64,000 bases of DNA from Gemmatimonadota bacterium (GTDB lineage: Bacteria > Gemmatimonadota > Gemmatimonadetes > Gemmatimonadales > Gemmatimonadaceae). A program made the position numbers and the translations under genes. Location: positions 32,001-96,000 of the forward strand of contig JAZJZK010000015.1 of the NCBI GenBank assembly GCA_040389905.1, read 5' to 3'. How positions within the stretch are numbered: the stretch's first letter is position 1; the number at the start of each line of letters is the position of its first letter. Under the pieces are notes generated by a model that saw nothing but the letters and a program-made list of their open reading frames with translations, was not told the origin of the DNA and searched no databases. Shown piece after piece: positions 38,872 through 48,534 of this stretch.

Positions 38872-39933
38872 ATGTATTCGACCTGCCTCTTCTGTCAAAC
38901 CCAACTCGGCAAGAACGAGGCGATCGAGCATTTCCCCGTCGGCCGGCGTCTCGCGTTCGACGCCGCGAAAGGGCGGCTCTGGGTCGTGTGCAGAAAGTGT
39001 GAGCGCTGGAACCTCACTCCGCTCGAGGAACGGTGGGAGGCCATCGAGGAGTGCGAGCGTGCCTTTCGCGACACCAAGCTGCGGGTATCCACCGAACACA
39101 TTGGGCTCGCGCGCGTCAGTGAAGGGCTCGAGCTCGTCCGCATCGGCGAACCGCAGCGTCCGGAAATGGCGGCGTGGCGATACGGTGATCAGTTCGGGCG
39201 TCGGCGGAGGAAGCACATCGCGACGATCGCCGGGGCGGTCGTTGTTGTTGGCGGCGTGATGATTGCCGGCCCAGCGGTGGGACTGTGGAGCGGCGGTGCG
39301 ACGAACGTCGTGTTTCAACTGGCCAACGCGGGCGCCAGCATCTACCGGAAGCGCAAGATGGTGCTGCTCGGCTCCGCGGAGCATGGCACCTTTCACGCGC
39401 GCCTGAGCGATCTGCCGAACGTTCGTGTGTATGCCAGCGAAGAGGGCATCGAGCTCACGGTCCCGGTACTGAAGAAGTCCAAGTTCGTGAGCTTCGAAGT
39501 CAGCAAGGACGTCAACAACATCCGGCTGAGAGGTGAGGACGCCGTACGCGCGGTGGGCTCAATTCTGCCGGTTCTGAACCGTGGTGGTGGATCGGCCGCG
39601 GAGGTCACGCGCGCCGTGGACTACCTCGAGCAGTCCGGGTCGCCCGATCAACTCTTCCGGCGTGCGGTGGCGGCGATCGAAAAGCGTGACGCCGATCGCC
39701 TGTTCAAGACAGCGAACATGAACAAGCTGCAAAGTCTGCCGACGCCTGGGCGGCTCGCGCTCGAGATGGCTGTCCACGAGGAGTCGGAGCGGCGCGCGCT
39801 CGAGGGAGAACTGCATGTGCTCGAGGAGGCGTGGAAAGAGGCCGAGGAGATTGCCGGCATTTCGGACGACATGTTCCTGCCGGCGTCGGTCGATGAGGAA
39901 CTCGAGCGTCTAAAACGCGGAGAACAGCGGTAA
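38872..39933 (+). CDS. Hypothetical protein with N-terminal zinc-ribbon-like motifs and TM segment
   Basis: CLFC...CRKC; hydrophobic IAGAVVVVGGVMIAG. Confidence 0.7.
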   Translation: MYSTCLFCQTQLGKNEAIEHFPVGRRLAFDAAKGRLWVVCRKCERWNLTPLEERWEAIEECERAFRDTKLRVSTEHIGLARVSEGLELVRIGEPQRPEMAAWRYGDQFGRRRRKHIATIAGAVVVVGGVMIAGPAVGLWSGGATNVVFQLANAGASIYRKRKMVLLGSAEHGTFHARLSDLPNVRVYASEEGIELTVPVLKKSKFVSFEVSKDVNNIRLRGEDAVRAVGSILPVLNRGGGSAAEVTRAVDYLEQSGSPDQLFRRAVAAIEKRDADRLFKTANMNKLQSLPTPGRLALEMAVHEESERRALEGELHVLEEAWKEAEEIAGISDDMFLPASVDEELERLKRGEQR

Positions 39934-39968
39934 GCGCACCATCTTTCACTCAAAACAACAACACATGA

Positions 39969-40034
39969 ACCACAGAGGACACAGAGGACACAGAGGACTG
40001 CGTTTTCCTCTGTGATCTCTGTGTCCTCTGTGGT
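39969..40034. repeat. CACAGAGGA 9-mer palindromic repeat; single-arm copy at 50612-50650
   Basis: Arms 39969-39997 and 40006-40034 match at 27/29. Confidence 0.8.
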
Positions 40035-40061
40035 AAAAGCACTTGCAAAGCAAGGAAGAAC

Positions 40062-40685
40062 TCAGCTGAATCGCTCCTCCGCGACGCGAATCACGAGATC
40101 CGCCGCGCCGTCCAATCCCATCAACGCAGTATTGACGCAGAGATGGTAATTCGACACGTCGAGCCACTCGCGCTGCCAATGCCGCCGCACGTATTCACCG
40201 CGCCGCGCATTCATCTCGAGGACTTTCTTGCGCGCCTCACCCGGCGGGACGCCAAGGTTCGTCACCGCGTACGCGATGAGCGCATCGAGCGGTGCGCAGC
40301 AGAGGACGTGCAGCGCATCGCTCCGCGTTTCGAGGAGCGCCGGAGCCCCACGCCCGACGATGACCGCGTTCCCCGACTGCACTGCCTCTTCCATCACACG
40401 CCGCGTCACCTCGACGATTCGCTCCTCACTCGGCGGCATCGCGTCTTCTCCGACCGTCGGCATCACTTCGGGCGCCGACAGCGAGATGGCCGACGCGAGA
40501 CGCTCGCCGAGCGTCGGCATACGTTCCTCTCGCGCCGACACTGCGGCGGACGTCATTCCCAACCGTGATGCAACTTCGTCCACCACCGCATTGTCGTACA
40601 ACTGCCAGCCGAGTGCATTGGCGACGCGCTCGGCGAGCTCGGAGCCACCGGACCCGTATTGTCGGGAGATCGTGACGATCGGCAT
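40062..40685 (-). CDS. Cytidylate kinase-like family protein
   Basis: VTISRQYGSGG.ELA, AVIVGRG, YHLCVNT. Confidence 0.85.
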   Translation of the reverse strand: MPIVTISRQYGSGGSELAERVANALGWQLYDNAVVDEVASRLGMTSAAVSAREERMPTLGERLASAISLSAPEVMPTVGEDAMPPSEERIVEVTRRVMEEAVQSGNAVIVGRGAPALLETRSDALHVLCCAPLDALIAYAVTNLGVPPGEARKKVLEMNARRGEYVRRHWQREWLDVSNYHLCVNTALMGLDGAADLVIRVAEERFS

Positions 40686-41221
40686 CAGCCGCCCGTCGGT
40701 GGGATGCGACGGACGCGGACCTGCTCCACGACGTCAAAACCGAGCGCTGACCACGCGCCCTCCGCGGACTCGCTACCGGCAACATTGTGGAGGCGCATCT
40801 GATCGAGTCCGCGCGCGCGTGACCATCGCTCCGCGGCGCGTAGCAGCGTTCGCAGGACGCCGCATCGACGATGCTCTTCGCGCACATAGACCGAAGACAC
40901 GTATGCGTAGCGTGCTGGTTCCAGCAACGGTGAGCCCATGGAGTCGACGCACCGCATGATGCCCACGACGCTCCCCGCACGCTCCGCGAGAAAAATCGCC
41001 TCATGCTCGGCCCGGATCTGCGCGGCGAACAACTCGCGTGCGCGCGTGGACGCATCCGCCCGCAACCGACCGTAGATCGGATGCGTGGGATGTTCGCGCA
41101 GGAGCGCGAGGCGAAGTTCCATCACGGCGCCAAGGTCGCGCAGGGTGGCCTGCCGCACGTGGATCTCGATCACTCGCGACCCCGCCAATTCCGGCGGCGA
41201 CATGGGTTGAACGTGCCTCAC
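40685..41221 (-). CDS. GNAT acetyltransferase
   Basis: VSSVYVREEHRRCGV, W.ALGF. Confidence 0.85.
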   Translation of the reverse strand: MRHVQPMSPPELAGSRVIEIHVRQATLRDLGAVMELRLALLREHPTHPIYGRLRADASTRARELFAAQIRAEHEAIFLAERAGSVVGIMRCVDSMGSPLLEPARYAYVSSVYVREEHRRCGVLRTLLRAAERWSRARGLDQMRLHNVAGSESAEGAWSALGFDVVEQVRVRRIPPTGG

Positions 41222-41230
41222 GTCACGACA

Positions 41231-42706
41231 TCAGGCCGACAGGCCGCCGCCGAAGAAATCTTCATTGGGACGCCGGCGCCGTCGTTCCGGCTCCGCACGG
41301 CCGTACAGGCCGGCATCGGACCGTGAAATCTTCTTGCGCGCAACGAGTGCCTCGAGCACGAGTTCACACCCTGCGACCGTCTGTTGCGCGTCCCCGACTT
41401 CTGCCAGCCCCACGTATCGGACGAGATCGATGAGGCCGGGTACGACGCCGAATGCCGCTTCCATCGCGGACGCGCGTTCGTCTTCGGTCACCTGAAGTGC
41501 GCCGCCCTCGTCGAACCAGATCACGATATCATCGGTATTGACGCCGCCGGCCCGCTCCTGGAACGTCGCATCGGCTGCGCGGCGAATGAGCTCGCGCGCG
41601 ATTGCATGCCCGCCGACGAGCTCACCCTCGTACTCCAACTCGATCTTCCCGGTGATTGCGGGCTGCGCCGCATACACGTCGGAAATGCGCGGGACGATCT
41701 CGTCTTCACCCGTGATGATCGCACGGCGCTCCGCATTGGAGACGGCGTTCTCCATCACGCTGATGGGTAGTCGCTGCGACACGCCCGACCGGCGATCGAT
41801 GCGTTTGTCCGTGCGCGCCTCGAACGCGATGCGCTCTACGACTTCCGCGATGAAATCCGGAACGCGAACCGCCTTTCCATCGCGCGCGACCCAGGACTCC
41901 TGGTCCGTAATCGCCATGCCCAGCTCGACGGTTTCCGGATAGTGCGTGATGATCTCGCTGCCGATGCGGTCCTTGAGCGGCGTGATGATCTTGCCGCGCG
42001 CGGTGTAGTCCTCTGGATTGGCGGTGAAGCACAGCTGGACGTCGAGTGCCAGGCGCACGGGATAGCCCTTGATCTGCACGTCGCCTTCCTGCATGACGTT
42101 GAACAATCCGACCTGCACCTTGCCCGCGAGATCAGGAAGCTCGTTCAGCGCGAAGATGCCGCGATTCGCGCGCGGCAGCATGCCGTAGTGAATCGTCAAC
42201 TCGTCGGACAGCACGTGTCCGCCGCGCGCGGCGCGAATGGGATCGAGGTCACCGATCATGTCCGCGATCGTGACATCCGGCGTCGCGAGCTTTTCAACGT
42301 ACCGGCTGTCTCGGCCGACCCACGCGATGGGCGTATCGTCGCCCGCCGATGCGATCAGGTTCTTCGCGTAGCGTGAAATGGGCGCGAAGGGATCGTCGTT
42401 TACTTCGCTCCCCGCCACCACCGGCATCGCCTCGTCGAGCAGCGTGACGAGCGCGCGCAAGATGCGCGACTTGGCCTGCCCGCGAAGGCCGAGGAGGATG
42501 AAGTTGTGCTTCGAGAGGAGGGCGTTGACGATCTGCGGCATGACCGTCTCTTCGTAGCCGATCACGCCCTCGAACAGCGCGTCCCCCGTCGCCAGCCGCG
42601 TGAGGAGATTCTGGCGCATTTCGTCCTTCACCGAACGCTTTGCGCGGCCCGGTGCGCCATAGGGCGAGCGTGCGAGCGCGCCGAGTGTTTCTGGGTACGA
42701 CAACAC
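41231..42706 (-). CDS. Magnesium chelatase-like AAA+ ATPase
   Basis: GLRGQAKS, ANRGIFALNELPDL, ANPEDYT.RGKIITPLKDR. Confidence 0.88.
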   Translation of the reverse strand: MLSYPETLGALARSPYGAPGRAKRSVKDEMRQNLLTRLATGDALFEGVIGYEETVMPQIVNALLSKHNFILLGLRGQAKSRILRALVTLLDEAMPVVAGSEVNDDPFAPISRYAKNLIASAGDDTPIAWVGRDSRYVEKLATPDVTIADMIGDLDPIRAARGGHVLSDELTIHYGMLPRANRGIFALNELPDLAGKVQVGLFNVMQEGDVQIKGYPVRLALDVQLCFTANPEDYTARGKIITPLKDRIGSEIITHYPETVELGMAITDQESWVARDGKAVRVPDFIAEVVERIAFEARTDKRIDRRSGVSQRLPISVMENAVSNAERRAIITGEDEIVPRISDVYAAQPAITGKIELEYEGELVGGHAIARELIRRAADATFQERAGGVNTDDIVIWFDEGGALQVTEDERASAMEAAFGVVPGLIDLVRYVGLAEVGDAQQTVAGCELVLEALVARKKISRSDAGLYGRAEPERRRRRPNEDFFGGGLSA

Positions 42707-42800
42707 CGCCTCCGAGTCAATTTAGTTTCTACTCGGAATCAGCTTGCGCGAACGTGGCGACGCAAGGGTTCCCTGCCGCAATCCTCAGGTTGGGCGACCG

Positions 42801-43297
42801 CCGGAACATTGAACGCGGATTGAGCGGATTGAAGCGGATCAAATCTGATCGTCCGGCGCTCGGGAGAATACAACGCGCTTGAAGGCCGGTTCGGGGCCGT
42901 AGTGGAAGATCAGGCCAACTTCAATGCGTGACGAACGGAGATAGTTCTGAAGCTGTTCTCGCGTTCCCGGGGGAATTCCGGTTCCGGCCTTGTTCTCGAG
43001 CATGACTCGATCGTCAACGAGGAAATCCGCACGGAACCGTCCTATCAACCGGCCGTGAAAATAGATGTCGAATGTCTTTTCGCGATCTACTTTGTGTCCG
43101 CGTTCCGTCAAGAGGATTTCCAAAGCCGCGGAGTAGACACTCTCGAGAAACCCGTATCCCACTTCGTTGTACACGTCAAAAAAGGCTTTGATCAGCTTGC
43201 CCGTCAACTCACGCTCGGGCAGCGCACGAGAAGCAGCCTCGAGCCGTTGATCATTGTTTTGCAGTCCCATCCGCTCAATCCGCGTTCAATGTTCCGG
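42801..43297. mobile_element. 497-bp GxxExxY element with perfect 29-bp terminal inverted repeats
   Basis: CCGGAACATTGAACGCGGATTGAGCGGAT at 42801-42829; reverse complement at 43269-43297. Confidence 0.7.
42839..43270 (-). CDS. GxxExxY protein (PD-(D/E)XK nuclease-like)
   Basis: GYGFLESVY, FRADFLVDDRVMLENKA, QLQNYL. Confidence 0.93.
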   Translation of the reverse strand: MGLQNNDQRLEAASRALPERELTGKLIKAFFDVYNEVGYGFLESVYSAALEILLTERGHKVDREKTFDIYFHGRLIGRFRADFLVDDRVMLENKAGTGIPPGTREQLQNYLRSSRIEVGLIFHYGPEPAFKRVVFSRAPDDQI

Positions 43298-43376
43298 TGC
43301 AACAACCCGTCCGAACAATGAGCAGATGCCGCACCAAGAGCGTCACCAAATCACCGCAACGCGAACCAAAAGAACG

Positions 43377-45482
43377 CTACGCTGCCTCGATCTCCACCTG
43401 ATTGTCGTAGAACACTGGACCGTTGCCGAGGTCGGTCACCAACTGCGACGTCGTCTGATTCGCATTCGCGCCGTCCGTCGCAAGCTTGGCCCACCAGATC
43501 GACGGCGCCCACACCACGCCCTCGCGAATCGTCGACTCCACGCGGGCCTTCGCGAGAAACGCCCCGCGATCGTTATGCACCGTCACCATCATGCCCGGTG
43601 CGATCGCTCGGCGCTCCGCGTCAGCGGGGTGGAGCAGCACTTCAGGCTCCTTCGCCTGGCGTCGCAACGACGTGATGTTCACGAACGTCGTGTTGAGGAA
43701 CGTGTGCGCCGGCGACGAAATAAGTGTGAGCGGAAAGCGTGCGACGAGCGCAGGATCACGTTCCACCGACTCGTACGGCGGGGTGAAGTCGGGAAGGGGA
43801 TCGAGGCCCAACTCCGCCATGCGCGCGGAATAGAACTCACACTTGCCGCTCGGCGTCGAGAATCCGCCATTCTCGTATGGCAGGTACGGCGTCGGAACAT
43901 TCAGCCGCATCCAGCCGCGTTCGAGCAACGCGTCGAGCGTCACGCCCTGAATCTTCGGCGACTGTGATGCCAGCGCCTGACGAATGAGGGTGAGATCATC
44001 ATCCTGCATGATCGGATCGGTCATACCCATGCGCGCCGCGATCAGACGGAAGATTTCGCTGTTCGGCTTCGCCTCGCCGATCGGATCGATCGACGGCCGG
44101 TTGAGTGTGACGTAATGATGCCCGTACGCGAGATGAAGATCCCAATGCTCGAGTTGCGTCGTTGCCGGAAGCACGATGTCAGCCCAGTCGGCGGTATCCG
44201 TCTGGAAGTGTTCAAGTACCACGGTAAAGAGGTCCTCCCGGGCCAGGCCCTGGAGCACCGCGTTGCGGTCGGGCGCAACGGACGCCGGGTTGCTGTTGTA
44301 CACGACGAGCGCCTTCACCGGTGGCCCGCCAACGCCGGCATCATCGCGCGTGAGCGCGTCGCCCAGGCGAATCATGTTGATCGTGCGGGCCGGCGGACCG
44401 AGATCCGGACGCTCGAGCGCGGCTTTGTCGAAGGCGAAATTCGCAGACGTCGAGAGCTGCACGCCGCCGCCAGGACGCCGCCAATGGCCAGCGATTGCTG
44501 GGAGACATGCGATCGTGCGAACGGCCATGCCACCACCCGCATGTCGCTGCAGGCCATAGTTCACACGAATGAACGCGGCGCGCGCACGGCCGAATCGCTC
44601 GCCGAGCGAAACGATGGTTTCTTCCATCAAACCTGTCGCAGCGGCCGCGCGCGCTGGTGTCCATTCGGACACTCGTTCCCGAAGCGCCTCGTGTCCCAGC
44701 GTGTGCCGCTCGAGGTAATCGGTGTCTTCGAGCCCCCGAGCGAAAATGACATGCATCATGCCGAGCGCCAGCGCCGCATCAGCGCCGGGCCGGATTGGAA
44801 TCCACTCGTCGCACTGTTGGGCCGTGCGCGTCTGGATCGGGTCGATGCAGATGATGCGCGCCCCGCGCTCACGGGCGGTGAGAATGAACGGCCAGAGATG
44901 CGGATTCGCCGTGAGGGTGTTCGTGCCCCACAGCAACACGAGATCGCTCTCCGGGATGCCTTCCCCATCGGCACCGATATTCGCGCCGACCGTCATCCGC
45001 ATGCCGACGGTGCCCGCCATCGAACAGATCGTGCGGTCGAGGCGCGATGCGCCGAGCGCGTGAAAGAACCGGCGGTCGATCGAGGATCCTTGCACGGACC
45101 CCATCGTGCCGGCGTACGAATACGGGAGAATTGCCTGTGGGCCGTGCTCCGACTGCGCGATATCGCCGAGCCGCGTCGCGATCTCGCCGATGGCAGCATC
45201 CCATGAGATCGGTTCGAACCGTCCGCTGCCCTTCGGGCCAACTCGGCGAAGCGGTGTACGGAGCCGGTCGTCGTGATACGTCCGTTCGACGTATCGATTC
45301 ACTTTGGCGCACAGAAATCCGCTCGTGACGGGATGGTCAGGATCGCCGGCAACACGAATTGCGCGGCCGTTTTCGACCGTTACCAGCATCGCGCAGGTAT
45401 CGGGACAATCGTGTGGGCATGCGCCGCGGACGACTCCGTTGCGAACTATCTGCGAATCGGACAAAGTTTTTTCGTGTGACAT
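43377..45482 (-). CDS. Molybdopterin oxidoreductase family protein
   Basis: CPHDCPDTC..GFLCAK, ADIVLPATT.LE, C-terminal molydop-binding domain. Confidence 0.92.
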   Translation of the reverse strand: MSHEKTLSDSQIVRNGVVRGACPHDCPDTCAMLVTVENGRAIRVAGDPDHPVTSGFLCAKVNRYVERTYHDDRLRTPLRRVGPKGSGRFEPISWDAAIGEIATRLGDIAQSEHGPQAILPYSYAGTMGSVQGSSIDRRFFHALGASRLDRTICSMAGTVGMRMTVGANIGADGEGIPESDLVLLWGTNTLTANPHLWPFILTARERGARIICIDPIQTRTAQQCDEWIPIRPGADAALALGMMHVIFARGLEDTDYLERHTLGHEALRERVSEWTPARAAAATGLMEETIVSLGERFGRARAAFIRVNYGLQRHAGGGMAVRTIACLPAIAGHWRRPGGGVQLSTSANFAFDKAALERPDLGPPARTINMIRLGDALTRDDAGVGGPPVKALVVYNSNPASVAPDRNAVLQGLAREDLFTVVLEHFQTDTADWADIVLPATTQLEHWDLHLAYGHHYVTLNRPSIDPIGEAKPNSEIFRLIAARMGMTDPIMQDDDLTLIRQALASQSPKIQGVTLDALLERGWMRLNVPTPYLPYENGGFSTPSGKCEFYSARMAELGLDPLPDFTPPYESVERDPALVARFPLTLISSPAHTFLNTTFVNITSLRRQAKEPEVLLHPADAERRAIAPGMMVTVHNDRGAFLAKARVESTIREGVVWAPSIWWAKLATDGANANQTTSQLVTDLGNGPVFYDNQVEIEAA

Positions 45483-45717
45483 CGGCGGGGGCAAAGGTCG
45501 GGCGCCAAGGTAGCACGCAGGCGACGTGGATTCCAAGCGGTGCCGCCGCCCCTTGCAGCGACTCTGCCTAAGTACCGCGGTAGTAACGACTTACAAAATG
45601 CAGTGACGGAGGTCACGAAATTGTCTCGCCGCGGGACAATCGCACTATCGGGGAAAGCCTGACATCACAGTGACAAAGCTGTTGCCGCACTTCTACTTGG
45701 CTCGCATGAATCCGCTC

Positions 45718-45745
45718 TTGACATGGCGCCCTGAAAATCTAAGTT
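45718..45745 (+). promoter_or_regulatory. Putative sigma70 promoter
   Basis: TTGACA, 16 bp, TAAGTT upstream of lipoprotein gene. Confidence 0.45.
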
Positions 45746-45823
45746 TCCCGTCGCTGAAGCCGGGCACCGAGAACGTGCGCGGACCAACGCGTCATTCAAC
45801 CAAGACCTAATCAGGAGATTTAC

Positions 45824-46066
45824 ATGAAGCGCCTGGCCCTTGTCGCAGTCGTGCTCGTTGCCGCCTGCAGTGCGAAAGAAGAAGCGAAGACCGATACCGC
45901 AGCGCCCGCAATGGCGCCGGCACCTGTTGTCACGGACACCGCCGCCAAGACGGATACCGCGATGGCTGGCATGAAGATGGATACCGCCAAGGCGAAGCTC
46001 GACACGGCGGCGAAGAAGGTTGAAGAGGCCAAGGCCGCAGTGAAGGGCGCCGCGAAGAAGCCGTAA
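45824..46066 (+). CDS. Small Ala/Lys-rich lipoprotein
   Basis: AGGAG RBS; lipobox VAAC; DTA repeats. Confidence 0.85.
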   Translation: MKRLALVAVVLVAACSAKEEAKTDTAAPAMAPAPVVTDTAAKTDTAMAGMKMDTAKAKLDTAAKKVEEAKAAVKGAAKKP

Positions 46067-46091
46067 TCTTCGCAGTCGCTTCACGTTGGCA

Positions 46092-46125
46092 CGGGGCGCC
46101 GCACTCGAAAGAGTGTGGCGCCCCG
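46092..46125. terminator. Hairpin between convergent genes
   Basis: CGGGGCGCCGCACTC-GAAA-GAGTGTGGCGCCCCG. Confidence 0.75.
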
Positions 46126-46135
46126 TTCATCGTTG

Positions 46136-47131
46136 CTACCGGTGCTCCGCCCACCAGCGAAAAGCGTCGGTCACGCCTTGCTCGGGACGCATCGGTGGAT
46201 CCCATCCCAACTCTCGCTTCGCGCGCGCCGACGTGAACGGATTGTCGCGCGTGAGAAAATCGATCGCCGAGAAGGACACGGCCTTGATGCGGCTTCCAAG
46301 CAACGGCGCGAGGGTCTTGTAGGTCTTCTCGATGCCCTTCGCCAGCGCGAGCGGAATCGGCAGCCGCCGCAGCGAAATGTTCATCCCGACGGCGGCATAC
46401 CCGAAGAACTCGTTGACGGTGACGTCGTAATCATTCGTGAGATTGTACGCCCGCCCGCCGGCCGAGTCCGTGCGCGCGGCCCGTACCATGCCGTCGACGA
46501 CATTCTCGGCATGTACCACGGCAAGTGTCGAACGGCCGCCGCCGATGATCGGCGCCACCTTGCCGAGCAACAACGCGATGCGCGGCACGAACTGCCGGTC
46601 GTGTCGGCCGTAGATCACATCGGGGCGCAGCGCCGTAGCCCAGATCCGGCCAGCCGCGTGTGCATCGAGAACGAGCTGTTCCGATTCACGCTTCGATCGC
46701 GCGTAGTAGTTCGTTTCCGCCAGCGGTGCGAGTTCCGTGTCCTCACTCGTCTTGCCGTCCGTCCGGTATCGCGTTGCACTGCCATAGACGGCGACGCTGC
46801 TGACATGCACAAGGCGCGCAGCGGCCCGCTCAGTGGCCGCGATGATATTGCGCGTGCCGTCGACGTTCGGGGCCCTGAATGCCTCCCAGCCACCAGAGGG
46901 GGTCACTGCAGCCGCCGTATGAAAGATCACGTCGCAGCCAAGCGCGGCGCGGGCGAGACTCGCGGCATCGAGGACGTTGCCAACCGCGAGCTCGACGCCG
47001 GCGTTGCTCAACTCCTGCGCGCGCGAGGCATCGCGAACCAGCGCGCGCACGGTCCAGCCGTCGCGCCGCAGGCGCTCGACCGTGTACGACCCGACTTGCC
47101 CTGTTGCACCGGTGACAAGCGCTGTTCGCAT
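46136..47131 (-). CDS. NAD-dependent epimerase/dehydratase
   Basis: VTGATGQVG, VSSVAVYG, YARSK, LRP.VIYG. Confidence 0.9.
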   Translation of the reverse strand: MRTALVTGATGQVGSYTVERLRRDGWTVRALVRDASRAQELSNAGVELAVGNVLDAASLARAALGCDVIFHTAAAVTPSGGWEAFRAPNVDGTRNIIAATERAAARLVHVSSVAVYGSATRYRTDGKTSEDTELAPLAETNYYARSKRESEQLVLDAHAAGRIWATALRPDVIYGRHDRQFVPRIALLLGKVAPIIGGGRSTLAVVHAENVVDGMVRAARTDSAGGRAYNLTNDYDVTVNEFFGYAAVGMNISLRRLPIPLALAKGIEKTYKTLAPLLGSRIKAVSFSAIDFLTRDNPFTSARAKRELGWDPPMRPEQGVTDAFRWWAEHR

Positions 47132-47190
47132 GATCCGTCTGCTGGAGGAATCGATTCAGGCCCCGAAACCGCGAATGCGGCGGGATACCG

Positions 47191-47388
47191 CGGGAACATT
47201 GAACGCGGATTGAGCGGATTGAAGCGAATCAAATCGGAACATCAAAACGGCTTCTTGCATTGGGCCGCTCTTCAACTGAATGAACGCGGATTGAGCGGAT
47301 GGAGCGGATCACATCTGATGAAAACTAGACTGAATCTCTAATCCGATCTTATCCGCTCAATCCGCTCCATCCGCGTTCAATGTGCCGG
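47191..47388. mobile_element. Gene-less derivative of the GxxExxY element
   Basis: Two direct copies (47191, 47281) and one inverted copy (to 47388) of TGAACGCGGAT(T/G)GAGCGGAT. Confidence 0.75.
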
Positions 47389-47439
47389 CGCAATGGTCGC
47401 AGCAACGTAGAGCGTGAACCTCACACGCTGCACCACTAT

Positions 47440-48534
47440 TCAGGTCACTTCGAACGGCAACTGCGACACGCGAACCACCAACTCGTTGAATGGCGGCGCG
47501 TCCGGATCGGTGGGCGTCCACCGCGCTGTGAGCTCGGCACCTGCGGCGACCTCTCGCCGAATCATCGCCAGCGCAATGCCGCCGATGCGCGGCGAGCGGA
47601 CGGATGACCGCACATCGCCGACTGCCAGTCCATCCGCTCCATGCAGTGTCGCGCCATAGGGTGGAGCGTCGAGCACGCCTTCCGCGGCCGTGATGCCGCG
47701 AAGGTGCTTGTTGACGTGTCCGCGGAAATGAACGCGTGCCACGGTTTCCTGCCCCACGTAACAGCCTTTCGTGTACGAAATGGCGTGCAACTCGTCGAAG
47801 TTCGCCTCCTGGGGGATGGTGTTGTCATCCATGTCGAGTCCCCACTCTGGCCGACCGCTCTCGACGCGTGCAATCTCCCACGCCTCGAGCCCTGCCGGCG
47901 CTGCGCCCGCCGCCGTCGCGCGCGACCACAGGTCGCTGAACAGCTCGGTGGGGGCAATCAGCTCGTATCCTTCGATGCCAAGGTCCGCCGACCGCAGTAC
48001 GAGCAGCGTGTGGGTGGACATCGCGATCGTTACGTGTGCGTATGGCGCGAGCCCCGCCAAGGACGGCGACGGTATTCCCGTGAGCTCCGAGACGACGTGC
48101 CGCGCATTCGGGCCGAAGACACCGAGATTCCTGAGCGCGGCACTTTCATCGACGTGCGCAGCGATGCGAGGATTCACGAACTTCTTCACCATCGCGGCCC
48201 ACGCCGCGGCCGCGCGCGGCGGTGCGTCGACGAGCACACTCCCTTCCTCGACGAAGACCCGCACATCGGCAATGATCTTTCCCTTCGCGGTGAGCGCCGC
48301 CGCGTAGCAGCCCTGACCCGGTGTGAGCCCCGAGACGTCATTCGTCACGAGACCCGCGACCATTTCGGCGGCACGTTCACCCTTCAGGCGAATGCGTCCA
48401 CGAAGACTTCGATCGAATAGCGCGGACCGTGTGCGAAGCGCCTCGTACTCCGCGGCAACGCTGCCGTACGCGAGCACCACGCTACGTCCACCGACGTCAC
48501 CGAGTGTCGTACTCGGTAGCTGGATTGCGTTCAT
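47440..48534 (-). CDS. YgfZ/GcvT-family folate-binding protein
   Basis: KGCYVGQE motif, LTAKGKIIAD. Confidence 0.9.
   Translation of the reverse strand: MNAIQLPSTTLGDVGGRSVVLAYGSVAAEYEALRTRSALFDRSLRGRIRLKGERAAEMVAGLVTNDVSGLTPGQGCYAAALTAKGKIIADVRVFVEEGSVLVDAPPRAAAAWAAMVKKFVNPRIAAHVDESAALRNLGVFGPNARHVVSELTGIPSPSLAGLAPYAHVTIAMSTHTLLVLRSADLGIEGYELIAPTELFSDLWSRATAAGAAPAGLEAWEIARVESGRPEWGLDMDDNTIPQEANFDELHAISYTKGCYVGQETVARVHFRGHVNKHLRGITAAEGVLDAPPYGATLHGADGLAVGDVRSSVRSPRIGGIALAMIRREVAAGAELTARWTPTDPDAPPFNELVVRVSQLPFEVT

Noticed and set aside
42801..47388. CGGAT repeats as a CRISPR array
   Set aside because: Copies are inverted or dispersed, with no regular unique spacers and no cas genes
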